Below the pieces are notes generated by a model. The model searched no databases. It saw only the letters and a program-made list of their open reading frames with translations, and was not told the origin of the DNA. Below are positions 1 through 7,914 of a stretch of 19,427 bases of DNA, one piece after another (position 1 is the first letter of the stretch; the number at the start of each line of letters is the position of its first letter). The position numbers were made by a program, and so were the translations under genes. This DNA is from an uncultured archaeon (GTDB taxonomy: Archaea; Asgardarchaeota; Lokiarchaeia; Sigyniarchaeales; SOKP01): the NCBI GenBank assembly GCA_964508365.1, contig CAZDTP010000064.1, forward strand, positions 1 through 19,427, read 5' to 3'.

Positions 1-26
1 CAAATTAATAACTAAAGTGAAAATAA

Positions 27-1037
27 ATGACAAAACGAGTTGCAATTAACGGATTCGGTAGAATCGGACGTAATTTCTTCCGAGCTCTAACAGAAAAATA
101 TCCTAACGAAATTGAAGTCGTATCCATTAATGACTTATTCGAACCAAAATACTTGGCCTATGTTTTAAAATATGATACTGTTTTTGGACGATTTAAAGGA
201 ACTATTGAAGCTAAGGAAAAATCCTTAATAATAAATGGAAAGGAAATTCCTATTACGGCAGAACGAGATCCAGCAAATTTACCGCATGCTAGTAATAATA
301 TTGATGTTGCTCTCGAATCTACTGGTTTCTTTACGAAAAGAGAAGGTGCTGCAAAGCATTTAGAGGCAGGAGCTAAGAAAGTTTTAATTAGTGCACCTGC
401 GGTAAATCCTGATTTTACCGTAGTAATAGGGTGTAACGACGATAAGTTAACTACCGAGCATAAAATCATTTCTAACGCATCTTGTACAACCAATTGTTTG
501 GGTCCAATAGTAAAAGTATTAATGGACAATTATGGAATTATTAACGGAATGATGACTACAGTTCATTCATATACAGGTGATCAAAAACCAGTTGATACCG
601 CAAGAGCAGCAGATCCTATAAAAATGATTCGTGGTCGAGCTTGTGCGGCAAATATAGTTCCAACTTCCACTGGTGCAGCTAAAGCGATTGGTGATGTGTT
701 TCCAGAATTAAATGGTAAAATGGATGGTATCGCAATGCGTATTCCAACTCCAAACGGGAGTGTTGTTGATTTAAAAGTAAATTTAGAGAAATCCACAACA
801 GTAGAAGATGTTAACGCTAAAATGAAAGAAGCTGCAATGGGTTATCTTAAAGGAATTTTAGAATATACTGATGATGCAATAGTAACAACCGATATTGTTG
901 GCAATCCCGCAAGTTCTATTTTCTCTAGCTTGTGGACCAAAGTAATCGGTGGTACTTTCTGTGGTGTCGTTAGCTGGTATGATAACGAGTGGGGTTACTC
1001 CAATCGTTTAGCAGATTTAATCGTTAAGAAGTTATAG
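27..1037 (+). CDS. gap: Class I (bacterial/eukaryotic-type) glyceraldehyde-3-phosphate dehydrogenase
   Basis: Seen: Rossmann motif INGFGRIGR, INDL (Asp36), ESTGFF, active-site SNASCTTNCL (Cys153), TTVHSYT (His180), PTSTGAAKA, RIPTPNGSVVDL and C-terminal WYDNEWGYSNR. All are hallmark class I GAPDH motifs (established). Confidence 0.97.
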   Translation: MTKRVAINGFGRIGRNFFRALTEKYPNEIEVVSINDLFEPKYLAYVLKYDTVFGRFKGTIEAKEKSLIINGKEIPITAERDPANLPHASNNIDVALESTGFFTKREGAAKHLEAGAKKVLISAPAVNPDFTVVIGCNDDKLTTEHKIISNASCTTNCLGPIVKVLMDNYGIINGMMTTVHSYTGDQKPVDTARAADPIKMIRGRACAANIVPTSTGAAKAIGDVFPELNGKMDGIAMRIPTPNGSVVDLKVNLEKSTTVEDVNAKMKEAAMGYLKGILEYTDDAIVTTDIVGNPASSIFSSLWTKVIGGTFCGVVSWYDNEWGYSNRLADLIVKKL

Positions 1038-1052
1038 GTTTTCAATAATTTA

Positions 1053-1084
1053 TTTTCTTTTTTCTTTTTTTTCTTTTTTTTTTC
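1053..1084 (+). terminator. Oligo-T (archaeal-type) intrinsic terminator after gap
   Basis: Seen: T4-C-T6-C-T8-C-T10-C starting 15 nt after the gap stop codon, with no GC hairpin. Oligo-T 3' tracts are the established archaeal termination signal; the function here is inferred. Confidence 0.6.
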
Positions 1085-1196
1085 ATTAGTAATAGTATGT
1101 TTTTTTTTAACGAAAAATTATGACTCTTTTATCTTACTAATAGGATTTTTTACTACGAATCATAACTCAAGGTAAATTATAGATTTGGAATAAGAA

Positions 1197-1628
1197 ATGT
1201 ATAATTCTCTTAAAAAATATAATAATCAAATATATACAGGAATGAGGATTGGTGGGTCTCATAAATGGATCTACAACGACGGTAAATGGACTGAAACAAA
1301 AATTGCTCCAATTAAATGGACAATAAACTTTAATAGTGTAAAAACAAGAATAAATCCATCACCATCTTATTCAGGGGCTAAAATTGGCACAAAATTTCAT
1401 TGGTACATTATTGCAGATCAAATTGCAACTAAACTAAATAAAGATTCTTATATGACTCAAATGAAGGGTATTAAATATAAAGTTGGCCATAAGCGTCCTC
1501 AATGGCGAACTTTCAGTTATCATTACCCTGAACAGAAATCCTATAAAGAACGTGTTATTAAAATTTTAGAAGAATCTTTAGAAAGTTTGAAAAATGAAAA
1601 GATGGGAATAGAGAAATTTGTATTTTAA
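1197..1628 (+). CDS. Hypothetical protein; basic, aromatic-rich, mostly beta-strand
   Basis: Seen: 143-aa ATG-start ORF filling the space between gap and the methyltransferase, with no antisense competitor. Rich in K/W/Y, with motifs YTGMRIGGSHKWIY, GTKFHWYIIADQ and GIKYKVGHKRP. From memory these resemble an uncharacterised family in Bacteroidetes/Bacillota (unverified). Confidence 0.85.
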   Translation: MYNSLKKYNNQIYTGMRIGGSHKWIYNDGKWTETKIAPIKWTINFNSVKTRINPSPSYSGAKIGTKFHWYIIADQIATKLNKDSYMTQMKGIKYKVGHKRPQWRTFSYHYPEQKSYKERVIKILEESLESLKNEKMGIEKFVF

Positions 1629-1630
1629 TC

Positions 1631-2290
1631 TTAATTTTTTATAAAATTTAATTGATACACGAAAAAATTACCAAACACTTCTAAAAAATCTAATCCTGCT
1701 TTATTAGCCCATTTTTTTTCAGTTTTTCTTAAAGGATAATCGGGATCAATAAACAATTCACATAATGAAATAATACCTTCTGGTTTTAAGACTCTTTTAA
1801 ATTCCTTTAAAACTTTAACAGGCTCAGGTATTTCTGGCAAGCATGTGATCGCAAAAATTCTATCAACGCTTTCATTATCAAAAGAAAGATTATATGCATC
1901 ATCTATTTTTGGAATAATGTTTGAGATTTTGTCCATTTTTAATCTTTCTTTTAAACGCTTTATTACTGAATCTTGAATATCAACCGCAGATACTTTTCCT
2001 TCAGGTAAAATTCTTTCTGCTACTGCTTTTGTATAACTACCTTTACCGGGCCCAATTTCTACAACAATCATCCCTGGTTTGAGGTGCATCCGCTCTGCAA
2101 TGCGTTCAGGTTTTTGAATAAACTTACGCCGAAAAGAATTATCAATCAATCTTGTTGCAAAAGCTGGAATAGGAAATTTGTGTATTTTCCTAATTATTTT
2201 TAATATTACAAACAAATAGAATAAGAAACACAGAAAAACGATTAATAATATAAAAAAAGCGGTTCCGACTACTGAGACCCAATTATCCAT
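1631..2290 (-). CDS. Class I SAM-dependent methyltransferase with N-terminal membrane anchor
   Basis: Seen: motif I VVEIGPGKG, acidic motif II VSAVDIQ, DDAY, FDNESVDRIF, and post-motif LKEFKRVLKPEGII typical of UbiE/Methyltransf_11-like enzymes. Hydrophobic residues ~5-32. Substrate unknown. Confidence 0.9.
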   Translation of the reverse strand: MDNWVSVVGTAFFILLIVFLCFLFYLFVILKIIRKIHKFPIPAFATRLIDNSFRRKFIQKPERIAERMHLKPGMIVVEIGPGKGSYTKAVAERILPEGKVSAVDIQDSVIKRLKERLKMDKISNIIPKIDDAYNLSFDNESVDRIFAITCLPEIPEPVKVLKEFKRVLKPEGIISLCELFIDPDYPLRKTEKKWANKAGLDFLEVFGNFFVYQLNFIKN

Positions 2291-2402
2291 TTTACAAATT
2301 CTCCATATTAATAGTAGAAATTATGAGGTTTTTCATTCTTTTACTATTAACATATAATTCAAAAAGGAAATAGATTTAATAAATTTTAATTTATTCATAT
2401 TT

Positions 2403-3332
2403 ATGGACTTAAGCGCAGCGAAAGATATAAAACTTGAGGATAGAGCGTTATTTACCAAATATTTTCAGAAATTTCCTCCTGTAACATCAGAATTTACTTT
2501 TACAAACCTATTTATGTGGAGGAATTTCTATGGATTCAGATTTATGGAATGGAATGAGCATTTATTGCTGTTTTCAAGTAATATTTTTGAAGCAAAGAAA
2601 ATTCCTGCATCAGGAAATAAAAACGCTCTATATTTTTTCCCTCCGGTAGGACCTAATCCCGCAGAAATTATGGTATCTCTCTTTGAAAACTTAAAAGAGA
2701 TAGAATTTCATAGGGTCCCCGAAAGAGTATCTGAGAAAATTAGGAATCATAATAAGTATTCTTCCTTAAACATTGATATTTTGGAAGATAGAGATAATTG
2801 GGATTATGTTTATGAGGTAGAAAACCTAAAAAATTTGCCTGGAAACCGATACCGCCAAAATAGAAGGTGGTTAAACAAATTTTTAGAAAACTATAACTAT
2901 GATTTTAAGATTTTAACTGAGAAGGAAGTAGAATTAGTCAAGACTCTTCAACTAGAGTGGTGTATTCTGCGGCAGTGTGAAGATGACGCAGAGTTGAAAG
3001 AAGAAGAACAAGCAATTTACGACGCATTAGATAATTTTGAAGCTTTAGGTTTTCGAGGAGCAGTAATTTGTGTTGATGATAAATGTGCCGCGTATACATT
3101 TGGAGAAATGTTAAACCCTGAAACAATCGTAATTCATGTAGAAAAAGCTCATATGGATTACGAAGGAGCATATCAAGCGATAGGCAATTTATTTTTGAAG
3201 AATGACTTTGAAAATGTGATTTTTGTTAACCGAGAGCAAGATTTAGGTGTTCTTGGTCTAAGGAGGGCAAAAGAATCATACAAACCCATTCGAATGGAAA
3301 TAAAGAGCATAGTTTACCGAAAAACCTCGTAA
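2403..3332 (+). CDS. Stand-alone DUF2156 protein (aminoacyl-phosphatidylglycerol synthase C-terminal-like; COG4866-type)
   Basis: Seen: SEFTFTNLFMW, DYVYEVENLKNLPGNRY, HVEKA, YEGAYQAI and NREQDLGVLGLRRAKESYKP, the signature motifs of the soluble DUF2156 family. No transmembrane flippase domain. Confidence 0.88.
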   Translation: MDLSAAKDIKLEDRALFTKYFQKFPPVTSEFTFTNLFMWRNFYGFRFMEWNEHLLLFSSNIFEAKKIPASGNKNALYFFPPVGPNPAEIMVSLFENLKEIEFHRVPERVSEKIRNHNKYSSLNIDILEDRDNWDYVYEVENLKNLPGNRYRQNRRWLNKFLENYNYDFKILTEKEVELVKTLQLEWCILRQCEDDAELKEEEQAIYDALDNFEALGFRGAVICVDDKCAAYTFGEMLNPETIVIHVEKAHMDYEGAYQAIGNLFLKNDFENVIFVNREQDLGVLGLRRAKESYKPIRMEIKSIVYRKTS

Positions 3333-3454
3333 ACAATAATTGGTTGTGTGAAAGTTTAAATACCTTTTTAAAATTGGTGATATTAAGTAGAAATAATTAA
3401 TATAATTGAATTTTCATATTAATAGTATAAAGTATCTTAATAATGTGAGATATT

Positions 3455-5161
3455 ATGTCAGATGAAGATAATTTTGATAAGCAAGTAAAAAAGGACAAAG
3501 TAGGAAATTTAATTGGAAAAACTACTATTCACACAGTTCAAGTTCAATTTTCTGACCCTTCAATAGAAAGGAACTCTTATTTTGTTATCTATGGAGAAAA
3601 AGACGAAAAAGACGAAGAAGGTGAAAGAACTCATTATCTGTTAAATATTGTAAGAATGTGGAGCGAAGCAAAAGGAACGCTTGCAGACTTAAAAGTGTGT
3701 GGAGAAAGACCAAAAAGACCATTTGATATAGGAGCAGAAGTTTTCCGGGCAAGTGAAGTCCAAATTACCACAATATTAGGAATATACAATCCACCTGAAG
3801 AATCTGTTTCTCTTGGGATATTAATCGGTTATGATTTCGATGTCAATTTATTGGTAAAGAACTTTGGGAGAATTTTCATCACAGGAAAATCAGGATCTGG
3901 GAAGAGCTATACGATGGGCGTGCTTTGCGAAGAGTTTATGAAAAAGGGTATTCCTTTAGTCATTCTTGACAGACATGGAGAGTACGGCAGTTTAAAAGTT
4001 AAAGCAGGTGAAGATGAAGGAGCTGAAGGAGTTAAAGAAGAAAGCGAATTTGTGAATAGCATTATAGAATATTCTGATTTAAGCGTAAACAAAGGAGGGG
4101 ATATCGATGTTGAGTACTTGTTTTCGCTAGACGCAACAGATATAGTTGCCCCAAATTTATGTTCAATTGTAAACATGAGAGGGATGGATTTAAATGTGCA
4201 GGAAATGATAGCCGGTAAGCTTCTAAAAAAACTTTACCAGGCTAGCACGGGCCGAAGAATCGCTCCCTTTTATTTATTACTTGACGAAGCCCACCTTTTT
4301 GCAGGAAAAAAACAATCAGAGACGTGTGATATAGTAAAATTATTCTCACAAGAAGGGCGCAAGTTCGGTGCTAATTTGATCATAGGAACCCAAAGGCCAC
4401 AATTGCTGGATACAACGATACGCGCACAAGCTGGTAGTTGGATTGTCCATAACTTAACGGATATTCGAGATATTGATGTTACGATTTCAAGCGCAGAGGA
4501 TTTAACTCGTAGTAACAAAAACGATATTCAAGGTTTAGATAAGGGTGAATGCATACTATGCGGGGAAGCGATAAAGGGTATTCCCCTGTTTGTAAAAATT
4601 CGTAAAAGAACGACTGCTCACGGGGGCGTAGGTTTTAATCCACTGGATTACCTTTCAAAAAATACGGTAGAAGAGCTACAAAAAAGAAAGCAACAAATCC
4701 TTGGAGGAAAATCTGCGAACGAATTAGAAACAGGAAGATCAATCTTTGAAGAAATTACGGCACCTAAGACTTCTGGAGACTACTTAGAACAGATAGCTAT
4801 GTTAAAAGTTAGGATAAAAGAATTAGAAGACGAAGTAGGGCTGTTGAAAGAGAAATTTTTAGATGTCGATAAAGGCAGAGATACTCCTTTATCTATAGAA
4901 AATATAACTGGTGATGATGCTATTGAAGATCTACAGACTGAAATAAAGGTCTGGAAAGAAAAATATAACTATCTAAAAGAAAGGATGGATAACCCAGAAT
5001 CTGCGTTCCCATCTGGAGAAGGTAATAACGAATTGATTTTAGAACTTCAGAATAGAGCAATAGAATTAGATGCGCAAGTACAAAAATATCGATCCCAATA
5101 TACCGACGCTCTTCTTTTAGCAGAAAAAGCGATAAATGAACTTAAGAAACGTAAAAAATAA
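3455..5161 (+). CDS. HerA/FtsK-superfamily ATPase (DUF87/HerA-like) with C-terminal coiled-coil extension
   Basis: Seen: Walker A ITGKSGSGKS (aa 142-151), LDRHGEY, Walker B LLLDEAH (aa 274-280), QEGRKFG (arginine-finger region), GTQRP and RKRTTAHGG. The N-terminal beta-rich segment resembles a HAS barrel; aa ~400-568 are heptad-rich. Confidence 0.9.
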   Translation: MSDEDNFDKQVKKDKVGNLIGKTTIHTVQVQFSDPSIERNSYFVIYGEKDEKDEEGERTHYLLNIVRMWSEAKGTLADLKVCGERPKRPFDIGAEVFRASEVQITTILGIYNPPEESVSLGILIGYDFDVNLLVKNFGRIFITGKSGSGKSYTMGVLCEEFMKKGIPLVILDRHGEYGSLKVKAGEDEGAEGVKEESEFVNSIIEYSDLSVNKGGDIDVEYLFSLDATDIVAPNLCSIVNMRGMDLNVQEMIAGKLLKKLYQASTGRRIAPFYLLLDEAHLFAGKKQSETCDIVKLFSQEGRKFGANLIIGTQRPQLLDTTIRAQAGSWIVHNLTDIRDIDVTISSAEDLTRSNKNDIQGLDKGECILCGEAIKGIPLFVKIRKRTTAHGGVGFNPLDYLSKNTVEELQKRKQQILGGKSANELETGRSIFEEITAPKTSGDYLEQIAMLKVRIKELEDEVGLLKEKFLDVDKGRDTPLSIENITGDDAIEDLQTEIKVWKEKYNYLKERMDNPESAFPSGEGNNELILELQNRAIELDAQVQKYRSQYTDALLLAEKAINELKKRKK

Positions 5162-5334
5162 GTTCTAATACTCTATTTTTATTCCTTATTTAAATTTGTA
5201 TTTGTTTTAATATTCTATTTACACCTTATCCTTTAGTAATAAGCAAAGAAATCATTAATTTTATTTTATATACCTCAAAATATCAATTAATGTTAGTTAA
5301 ACCAGATAGGTAAAAAAAAAGATACTAGTGTTTA

Positions 5335-6405
5335 ATGATGGATATTAAAAGTGTTAAAGCTTTACAAGAAGAATTATCTAACCTTATTGGTGTTTCTGGT
5401 CATGAATATGATGTAAGTAATTTTATTTTAAATTTGATTGAAAAGGAAGAACTCGCTGATAAAGCTTGGATAGATCCTTTAGGGAATGTCCTTGCAACAA
5501 TAGAAGGATCTAGTGGGAATAATAAGATTTTATTAGATGCCCACACTGATGAGATAGGGTTCATGATTTCTCACATTGAAAAAAGAGGATTTCTTAGATT
5601 CGTTCCAATTGGAGGATGGGACGTAAGAATACTATTAGGTCAATCTGTAGTAATCCGGTCGGAGTTAGGCAAATTAATCCCCGGTATTATTGGTTCTAAA
5701 CCTCCGCACCTAACATCGCTTAACGACAGGAAAAAAGTTGTTGAAATCCCAGAAATGTATATTGACATAGGAATGAATTCTGATAAGGATGTTATTGATA
5801 ATAAAATTAATATAGGTACAACTGGAACGCTTTTTTCCCCATTTGCTGATTTTCCAAATAATATGATTCGTGGCAAAGCTTTCGATGACCGTACTGGCTG
5901 TAATGTACTCCTTCATATAATGAGAAGGTTAAAAGAAGAATCTTCAATAACTGATAGCGTGTTATTTAATTTTGCAGTTCAAGAGGAGGTTGGAGGGAGG
6001 GGTGCTATTACTGGAGCATTTAATCTAAAGCCAACAATGGCGCTTGCGATAGAAAACACGACAGCAGCTGATGTTCCGGGTATAAAAAGCGCAGAAATCC
6101 CAGCATACATCGGGAAAGGTCCAGCGATTACTGTGGCGGACAAATCAATAATCTCTAGCCCAAAAGTTAATGAGCGCCTTATAAAAAATGCTGAACTTAA
6201 AAATATTCCTTATCAGTTCAAAAAACCAGCATACGGTGGAACAGATGCAGGTAAGATTCATATTTCACGTGAAGGCGTGCCTAGTTCCGTAGTTTCAGTA
6301 CCCTGTAGGTATATCCATTCTCCAACGTCACTATTAAAACTAGATGATATCCTTAACACAATTCATCTTATAGACGCTTTCATTCGAAATAAAGCTAACA
6401 CCTAA
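5335..6405 (+). CDS. M42 family metallo-aminopeptidase (TET/FrvX-like)
   Basis: Seen: LLDAHTDEIG, GKAFDDRTGC, VQEEVGGRGA, AIENT, GGTDAG and RYIHSP, covering the five metal ligands and catalytic Glu of M42 peptidases. The start could be 5335 or 5338. Confidence 0.95.
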   Translation: MMDIKSVKALQEELSNLIGVSGHEYDVSNFILNLIEKEELADKAWIDPLGNVLATIEGSSGNNKILLDAHTDEIGFMISHIEKRGFLRFVPIGGWDVRILLGQSVVIRSELGKLIPGIIGSKPPHLTSLNDRKKVVEIPEMYIDIGMNSDKDVIDNKINIGTTGTLFSPFADFPNNMIRGKAFDDRTGCNVLLHIMRRLKEESSITDSVLFNFAVQEEVGGRGAITGAFNLKPTMALAIENTTAADVPGIKSAEIPAYIGKGPAITVADKSIISSPKVNERLIKNAELKNIPYQFKKPAYGGTDAGKIHISREGVPSSVVSVPCRYIHSPTSLLKLDDILNTIHLIDAFIRNKANT

Positions 6406-6406
6406 G

Positions 6407-6430
6407 GAAAAAAGAAAAAAGAAAAAATAG
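6407..6430 (-). terminator. (T6C)x3 oligo-T tract downstream of the MFS gene
   Basis: Seen: the + strand reads G-A6-G-A6-G-A6-TAG, i.e. CTA-T6-C-T6-C-T6-C on the - strand, beginning 9 nt after the MFS stop. Confidence 0.5.
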
Positions 6431-6439
6431 ATTTAATTT

Positions 6440-7750
6440 TTATCTTTGTTTTGGTGGCTTAATTACAAAAGCTAATATTGCTGAACCGACAGACATTAAT
6501 CCCATTACTATAAATAGTATCAGATAGCTTCCAAAAATGCTAACGAATAAGTTTACACCTACAGCACCAATAAATCCTGCCACACCATAAGCCGTAAAAA
6601 CAATTCCATAGTTAGGACCTAAATTTTTCGATCCAAATAAATCAGCAGTGGCAGTTGGAAATAAACTGAAATTACCCCCAAAACAGAAAAATATTGCGCA
6701 TGTTATTATTAAGAAATACATCTCGCTAACATTGGTTGTGAAGTAGATAAACATGAGGATTGCTTGAGTTGTGAACATTAGCAGCATAGTTTTTTTGTAG
6801 GTTATCATATCTGCCAGTTTCCCCCAAACTATTCTACCTAATCCGTTGAATAAAGCTGCTAAACTTCCAATTAATACGAAATCACTGGTTCCAATAACGT
6901 ACAAAAATACATTAGGGGCTGCATATGTTTTAGCAAATGCAGAAAACGACCCAATAACCATTAAACCAGACATTGCACTTAATGCAAAGGTCGTCCATAG
7001 CATCCAAAATTGAGGTAGTTTTACTGTTTGACCTCGTTTAAACTCCAAACCTGATATCCCACTTTCTTCAGAAGGAGGAGGGGGTGTCCATCCATCAGGT
7101 TTCCAACCTTCGGGAGGATTGCTCAGAGTCATTGCTCCTCCTATAACAAGAACGATATAAATAATACCTAAAACAATGAACATTATTGGAATGTTTAGTG
7201 AAATTACATCAACAAAATTGGGAGCAGTGTCCAATAACCCGGTAGGATTAGCTAATGCCTTTATTACGTAATTAAAAATGAAAGCGCCAGCACCAAATCC
7301 TGCAACGGCAATTCCATTAATAAATCCTTTTTTATCTGGAAACCATTTACCCGCTGAAGCGATAGGACACACATAACCAAAACCAATACCTGCGCCAAAG
7401 ATAACACCATAAGTAATTAAAAGACCTATAAATGTAGTCATAAACGCGGACGAGATTAAGCCAATTCCAATTAAAATCCCTCCCAGAATCGCAATTTTTT
7501 TAGGACCATATTTTTGCTGTAATTTACCCGCAAAAATCATCGTAATCGCAAAGGATAATAATCCAACTCCGAAAATATACACTGTAACTTCTCTAATGAT
7601 GTTTGAACCTAAATTCATGGTCAAATTCAAATAAGGACTTACGAAAACCGTCAAAGTTCCCCACGAATAAATCGTACCTAAAGCCAATTGAATTAAGATG
7701 GCTCCTATTACAACTATCCATCGATTTCTAACTTTTTGTTCAGTCGACAT
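6440..7750 (-). CDS. MFS transporter, oxalate:formate antiporter (OFA) / monocarboxylate-like family
   Basis: Seen: ~12 hydrophobic segments in 6+6 arrangement with a central loop; RNRWIV..GAILIQLALGTIYSW, motif A GKLQQKYGP, KWFPDKKGFINGIAVAGFGAG, NGLGRIVWGKLAD and FGGNFSLFPTATADLFG..N.GPNYG, typical of OFA-family MFS. The substrate is not determinable from sequence. Confidence 0.92.
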   Translation of the reverse strand: MSTEQKVRNRWIVVIGAILIQLALGTIYSWGTLTVFVSPYLNLTMNLGSNIIREVTVYIFGVGLLSFAITMIFAGKLQQKYGPKKIAILGGILIGIGLISSAFMTTFIGLLITYGVIFGAGIGFGYVCPIASAGKWFPDKKGFINGIAVAGFGAGAFIFNYVIKALANPTGLLDTAPNFVDVISLNIPIMFIVLGIIYIVLVIGGAMTLSNPPEGWKPDGWTPPPPSEESGISGLEFKRGQTVKLPQFWMLWTTFALSAMSGLMVIGSFSAFAKTYAAPNVFLYVIGTSDFVLIGSLAALFNGLGRIVWGKLADMITYKKTMLLMFTTQAILMFIYFTTNVSEMYFLIITCAIFFCFGGNFSLFPTATADLFGSKNLGPNYGIVFTAYGVAGFIGAVGVNLFVSIFGSYLILFIVMGLMSVGSAILAFVIKPPKQR

Positions 7751-7896
7751 TTTCTTTAAAGATATGTATTTTATTAAGTCATAAAGTTATGAGAAGGATA
7801 AAAATATTTCATAAATAAATTATTAAGGATTCTATGCAGAATTTGCCAGATTAAAACAAAGATTAGCAAGTAGCTCTATATTATTAATTTGTTAAA

Positions 7897-7902
7897 AAGG
7901 AG
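7897..7902 (+). promoter_or_regulatory. Shine-Dalgarno-like AAGGAG upstream of the TTG at 7915
   Basis: Seen: AAGGAG ending 12 nt before the TTG start. The spacing is at the long end, so the ATG at 7936 remains an alternative start. Confidence 0.3.
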
Positions 7903-7914
7903 TTTTTATATAAT

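Noticed and set aside
158-796. Antisense ORFs 158-529 and 581-796
   Set aside because: They lie wholly opposite gap, which has all catalytic motifs; their translations have no recognisable motifs (shadow ORFs).
2938-4518. Antisense ORFs 2938-3171, 3907-4176 and 4270-4518
   Set aside because: Shadows of the DUF2156 and HerA-like genes; Ser/Leu-rich composition typical of reverse-frame reads.
5640-5916. Antisense ORFs 5640-5876 and 5710-5916
   Set aside because: Nested opposite the well-supported M42 peptidase; no independent coding evidence.
6034-6075. Glu instead of Asp at the M42 metal-ligand position (AIENT)
   Set aside because: To my knowledge Glu occurs at this site in other active M42/TET enzymes, so it is not unusual.
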